From contig CAUZRH010000001.1 of the NCBI GenBank assembly GCA_963582115.1, positions 1 to 30,663 on the forward strand: DNA of 30,663 nt, read 5' to 3'. Both the position numbers and the translations under genes were made by a program. Source of the DNA: Dehalococcoidia bacterium. Its GTDB lineage: Bacteria; Chloroflexota; Dehalococcoidia; Lucifugimonadales; Lucifugimonadaceae. Below, piece by piece: positions 28,037 through 30,663 of this stretch. Numbering within the stretch: the stretch's first letter is position 1; the number at the start of each line of letters is the position of its first letter. Under the pieces are notes generated by a model that did not search any database, was not told the DNA's origin, and worked only from the letters and a program-made list of their open reading frames with translations.

Positions 28037-28461
28037 AGCTGGACGATCTCGTCTACGATCACGGTGGGTGTGGTCAGGGCCTTGTGGCCCGGGCATCTCG
28101 TGGCGATGTAGGCGAGTCGTTCTCGCTGCTCCTCATCAAGTGGGCCTTCAAACCGGATCTTGCGTTAGGTCAGGTCGACTATTCCCTCATCTCCCTCTTA
28201 CTGTTCCAGATCATCGGCATGTACCCGGTCGTGCTCCAGCTCGATGTGTATGCGCTCAAGCGGCCAACCCCTGGGTCCGGCGTACATGAATACCGTGATG
28301 GACGTACATGCTCCGAGCGCCGACAACAGGAAGTCGTAGGGATTCGGGCCGAGATCAGTTCCGATCGGTTCTGGCTCGTCGGCAATAATCGTATGCCGAC
28401 CGTTCGTAATTCGAGTCTCATACTTACTGTCCGAGGTTCCGGTCACCGTTACTGATGCCAT
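28033..28461 (-). pseudogene. OsmC-family protein with two in-frame TAA stops
   Basis: IADEP..GTDLGPNPYDFLLSALGACTSIT...HADDLEQ*EGDEGIVDLT*RKIRFEGPLDEEQRERL...RCPGHKAL; TAA at 28198-28200 and 28165-28167; final TAA 28033-28035. Confidence 0.85.
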
Positions 28462-28483
28462 ACAGTTCACCTCTTTCTGAAAT

Positions 28484-28513
28484 TTCGATTCTGGAACTTC
28501 GATTTCTGGGAAC
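28484..28513. repeat. Imperfect tandem repeat ttcgatt(t)ctg(g)gaac x2
   Basis: 28484-28497 and 28498-28513, just upstream of the osmC RBS. Confidence 0.5.
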
Positions 28514-28663
28514 CCGGATTTACAAGTGTTCTAGGAGATTCGATACCCTGGGCCTGATGTCGGTACGAATGCGGCAGATGATGACTGCGTCCGCGTGATA
28601 AGTTTCCGGTCCAGTTGTGACGCCCTCTGGATTAATAGGTGAAATCAAGCGGAGCTGCCCTGC

Positions 28664-30340
28664 ATGACCGAATCATCGACCTCATTTGGACAAGACCAGA
28701 CCCTGATTGCACCCGAAATCGCGACAGAAGGGCAATCGTCGCCGGACGTCGCCGACATCTTAATCGTGGGTGCTGGAGCGTCAGGGGCCGCCGTCGCATG
28801 GCGTCTCGCTCAGGCCGGATTCTCCGTTGTCTGCCTTGAGCAGGGCACTTGGATTAACCCTTCCGCCTACCCGACGACGGAACACAACTGGGAGATCCTG
28901 GGCCGCCATGAGTGGAACTGGGACCCCAACAAGCGTGGCAACCCGGAAGACTACCCGGTCAACGATACCGATTCTGCTATCTCCCCACTCATGTTCGCAG
29001 CCGTCGGCGGCAGCACTATCCACTGGACGGCGCACGCTCCCCGATTCCACCCGTCTGACTTCCGTGTAAAGACGCTGGACGGGGTCGCAGATGACTGGCC
29101 AATCACCTACGACGACCTTGACCCTTACTTCGACATGAATGACAGAATGATGGGTTGCTCCGGGATAAACGGTGACCCGGCCGTGCCCCCCCGGTCGGCG
29201 CGCCCCATGCCACCCCTTCCCCTGGGTACGGACGGCCTACATATCGCCGCCGCATTTGATCGCCTTGGATGGCACTGGTGGCCGTCCGATAACTACATAA
29301 ACTCGGTACCGTACATGGGCCGGGACAAATGTAACTACTGCGGTCCTGTGGGGTTCGGCTGCACAAGAAAAGCCAAATCCAGCACCGACGTGAACTACTG
29401 GCCCGAAGCGATCCGTTTGGGCGCAGTGGTTAAGACGCATGCACGCGTATCTGAAATAACGGTCGGACCTGATGGCCGAGCTACCGGGGCCAACTACATC
29501 GACCACAACCGCAACATAAAGCACCAGGCGGCGCGAAGCGTCGTGATGGCGGGCAACGGTATCGGCACGCCGCGGCTGCTACTGATGTCCAAGTCAGATG
29601 CACACCCGAACGGGCTGATCAACTCGAGCGGGCTTGTCGGCAAGAACCTGATGTTCCATCCCTATGCCATGACCACCGGTCTGATCCCGGAACTTTCCGA
29701 AACGTGGAAAGGACCGATGGGCAACATCCTGATGTCACAGGAGTTTTACGAGACCGACCTGCGTCGTGACTTCGTTCGCGGATATGCATATCAGTTCAAC
29801 CGCGGAACCGGTCCGCTATCGACCGCGCTCGGCGGCGCACATGAGCCGGTGCCATGGGGGGTGGGGCATCACGAAGATTTCGCTGAGCGTTTCGGACACA
29901 ATGTCACGTTGGCCGGTATCGGAGAAGACCTGCCGGAAGAGCACAACACCGTGACGCTTGATGAGCGGCTCAAGGACAGCAGTGGGCTTCCCGCCCCAAA
30001 GATCGATTACACGTTGAGCGAAAACTCTCGCCGGATGATGGATCACTCCATCAAATCAGCGACAACAGTCCTGAAGGAAGCGGGAGCAACAAGGATCATG
30101 GCAAATCCGCTGCTACGTGGCGGTGGCTGGCATTTGCTGGGGACGGCGCGCATGGGCGACGACCCCGAACGATCTGTGGTCGACCAGTGGTGCCAGTCGC
30201 ACGAGGTGGACAACATTTTTGTCGTGGACGGCTCCGTGTTCGTCACCGCCGGCGCAGTCAACCCAACCCCGACCCTACAGGCAATCGCACTCCGCGCTGC
30301 CGATTACATCGCCCACGAGCGGGAAGATCTGAAGGGATGA
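28664..30340 (+). CDS. GMC-family FAD oxidoreductase
   Basis: IVGAGASG...EQG, VGGSTIHW, GNGIGTPRLLLMS, VGKNLMFHP, WHLLGTARMG, VVDGSVF, NPTPTLQAIALRAA. Confidence 0.92.
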   Translation: MTESSTSFGQDQTLIAPEIATEGQSSPDVADILIVGAGASGAAVAWRLAQAGFSVVCLEQGTWINPSAYPTTEHNWEILGRHEWNWDPNKRGNPEDYPVNDTDSAISPLMFAAVGGSTIHWTAHAPRFHPSDFRVKTLDGVADDWPITYDDLDPYFDMNDRMMGCSGINGDPAVPPRSARPMPPLPLGTDGLHIAAAFDRLGWHWWPSDNYINSVPYMGRDKCNYCGPVGFGCTRKAKSSTDVNYWPEAIRLGAVVKTHARVSEITVGPDGRATGANYIDHNRNIKHQAARSVVMAGNGIGTPRLLLMSKSDAHPNGLINSSGLVGKNLMFHPYAMTTGLIPELSETWKGPMGNILMSQEFYETDLRRDFVRGYAYQFNRGTGPLSTALGGAHEPVPWGVGHHEDFAERFGHNVTLAGIGEDLPEEHNTVTLDERLKDSSGLPAPKIDYTLSENSRRMMDHSIKSATTVLKEAGATRIMANPLLRGGGWHLLGTARMGDDPERSVVDQWCQSHEVDNIFVVDGSVFVTAGAVNPTPTLQAIALRAADYIAHEREDLKG

Positions 30341-30397
30341 CCTGGCACCCGATGTTCCAAACCGCACACACAACTATCGGATCTCAGGAAACTAAAT

Positions 30398-30663
30398 ATG
30401 CCGACCAGCGATAGGCAGCTCACAGACGCAGACCGGGTGGTTTTGAAACGGGTGATGGACCTGATCATCCCGCCGGACGGAGATTTCCCGGGCGCAGGCG
30501 GACTCGGGCTTGCGGAACGGCTTGAAGTTGCCTCACAACGCTATGGCCGTTTGCGATCAGGTCTGCTGTCGGTTCTAGATGCAATGTCGCTTGATATTGC
30601 GGCAAGGGTCGAGGGCGGTTTTGCTGCACTGGACGAAGAAAGGCAGATCGCCGCGCTAAAAAC
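30398..30663 (+). CDS. Gluconate 2-dehydrogenase subunit 3-like protein (3' truncated; absent from the ORF track)
   Basis: Own translation: MPTSDRQLTDADRVVLKRVMDLIIPPDGDFPGAGGLGLAERL...GGFAALDEERQIAALK; follows the GMC gene. Confidence 0.75.
   Translation, partial: MPTSDRQLTDADRVVLKRVMDLIIPPDGDFPGAGGLGLAERLEVASQRYGRLRSGLLSVLDAMSLDIAARVEGGFAALDEERQIAALK

Noticed and set aside
13866-28200. Stop-codon reassignment or readthrough explaining the in-frame TAG, TGA and TAA codons in three genes
   Set aside because: All three codons end intact genes here (phoB TAA, phoR TAG, pstC TGA), the interrupted genes use different stops, and one also has a frameshift and truncation. Decay or error is simpler.
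23462-28531. LexA boxes (GAAC-N4-GTTC) in the repeats or near mutS2/osmC
   Set aside because: The spacing does not match N4 at the sites inspected.

Overview
About 30.7 kb of GC-rich bacterial chromosome. The gene set suggests Chloroflexota, possibly Dehalococcoidia/SAR202-like (inference). In order: the tail of an MlrC-type peptidase; phoB-phoR-pstSCAB with a TTAACA Pho box and no phoU; a bicupin; a lone xanthine-oxidase-family molybdoenzyme large subunit; a minus-strand block of CehA/McbA hydrolase, TfoX_N and aldo/keto reductase; a divergent PdxH; an amidase followed by decayed TfoX_C and methyltransferase genes; a LarA nickel-pincer racemase; a GNAT; a CxxC-bearing bicupin followed by three tandem mandelate-racemase-family enolases bracketed by REP-like palindromes; a uronate-dehydrogenase-like SDR; an alpha/beta hydrolase; mutS2; an osmC gene with two in-frame ochre stops; and a GMC oxidoreductase with its small subunit. 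No tRNA, rRNA, CRISPR array or transposase was seen. The best candidate for an undescribed system is the larA / bicupin / 3x enolase / SDR region, a putative sugar-acid stereochemistry funnel in which one enolase paralogue has lost the conserved His. pstB and larA lack a canonical start codon (ATA and CTG candidates). All calls come from motif recognition only; no database searches were run.
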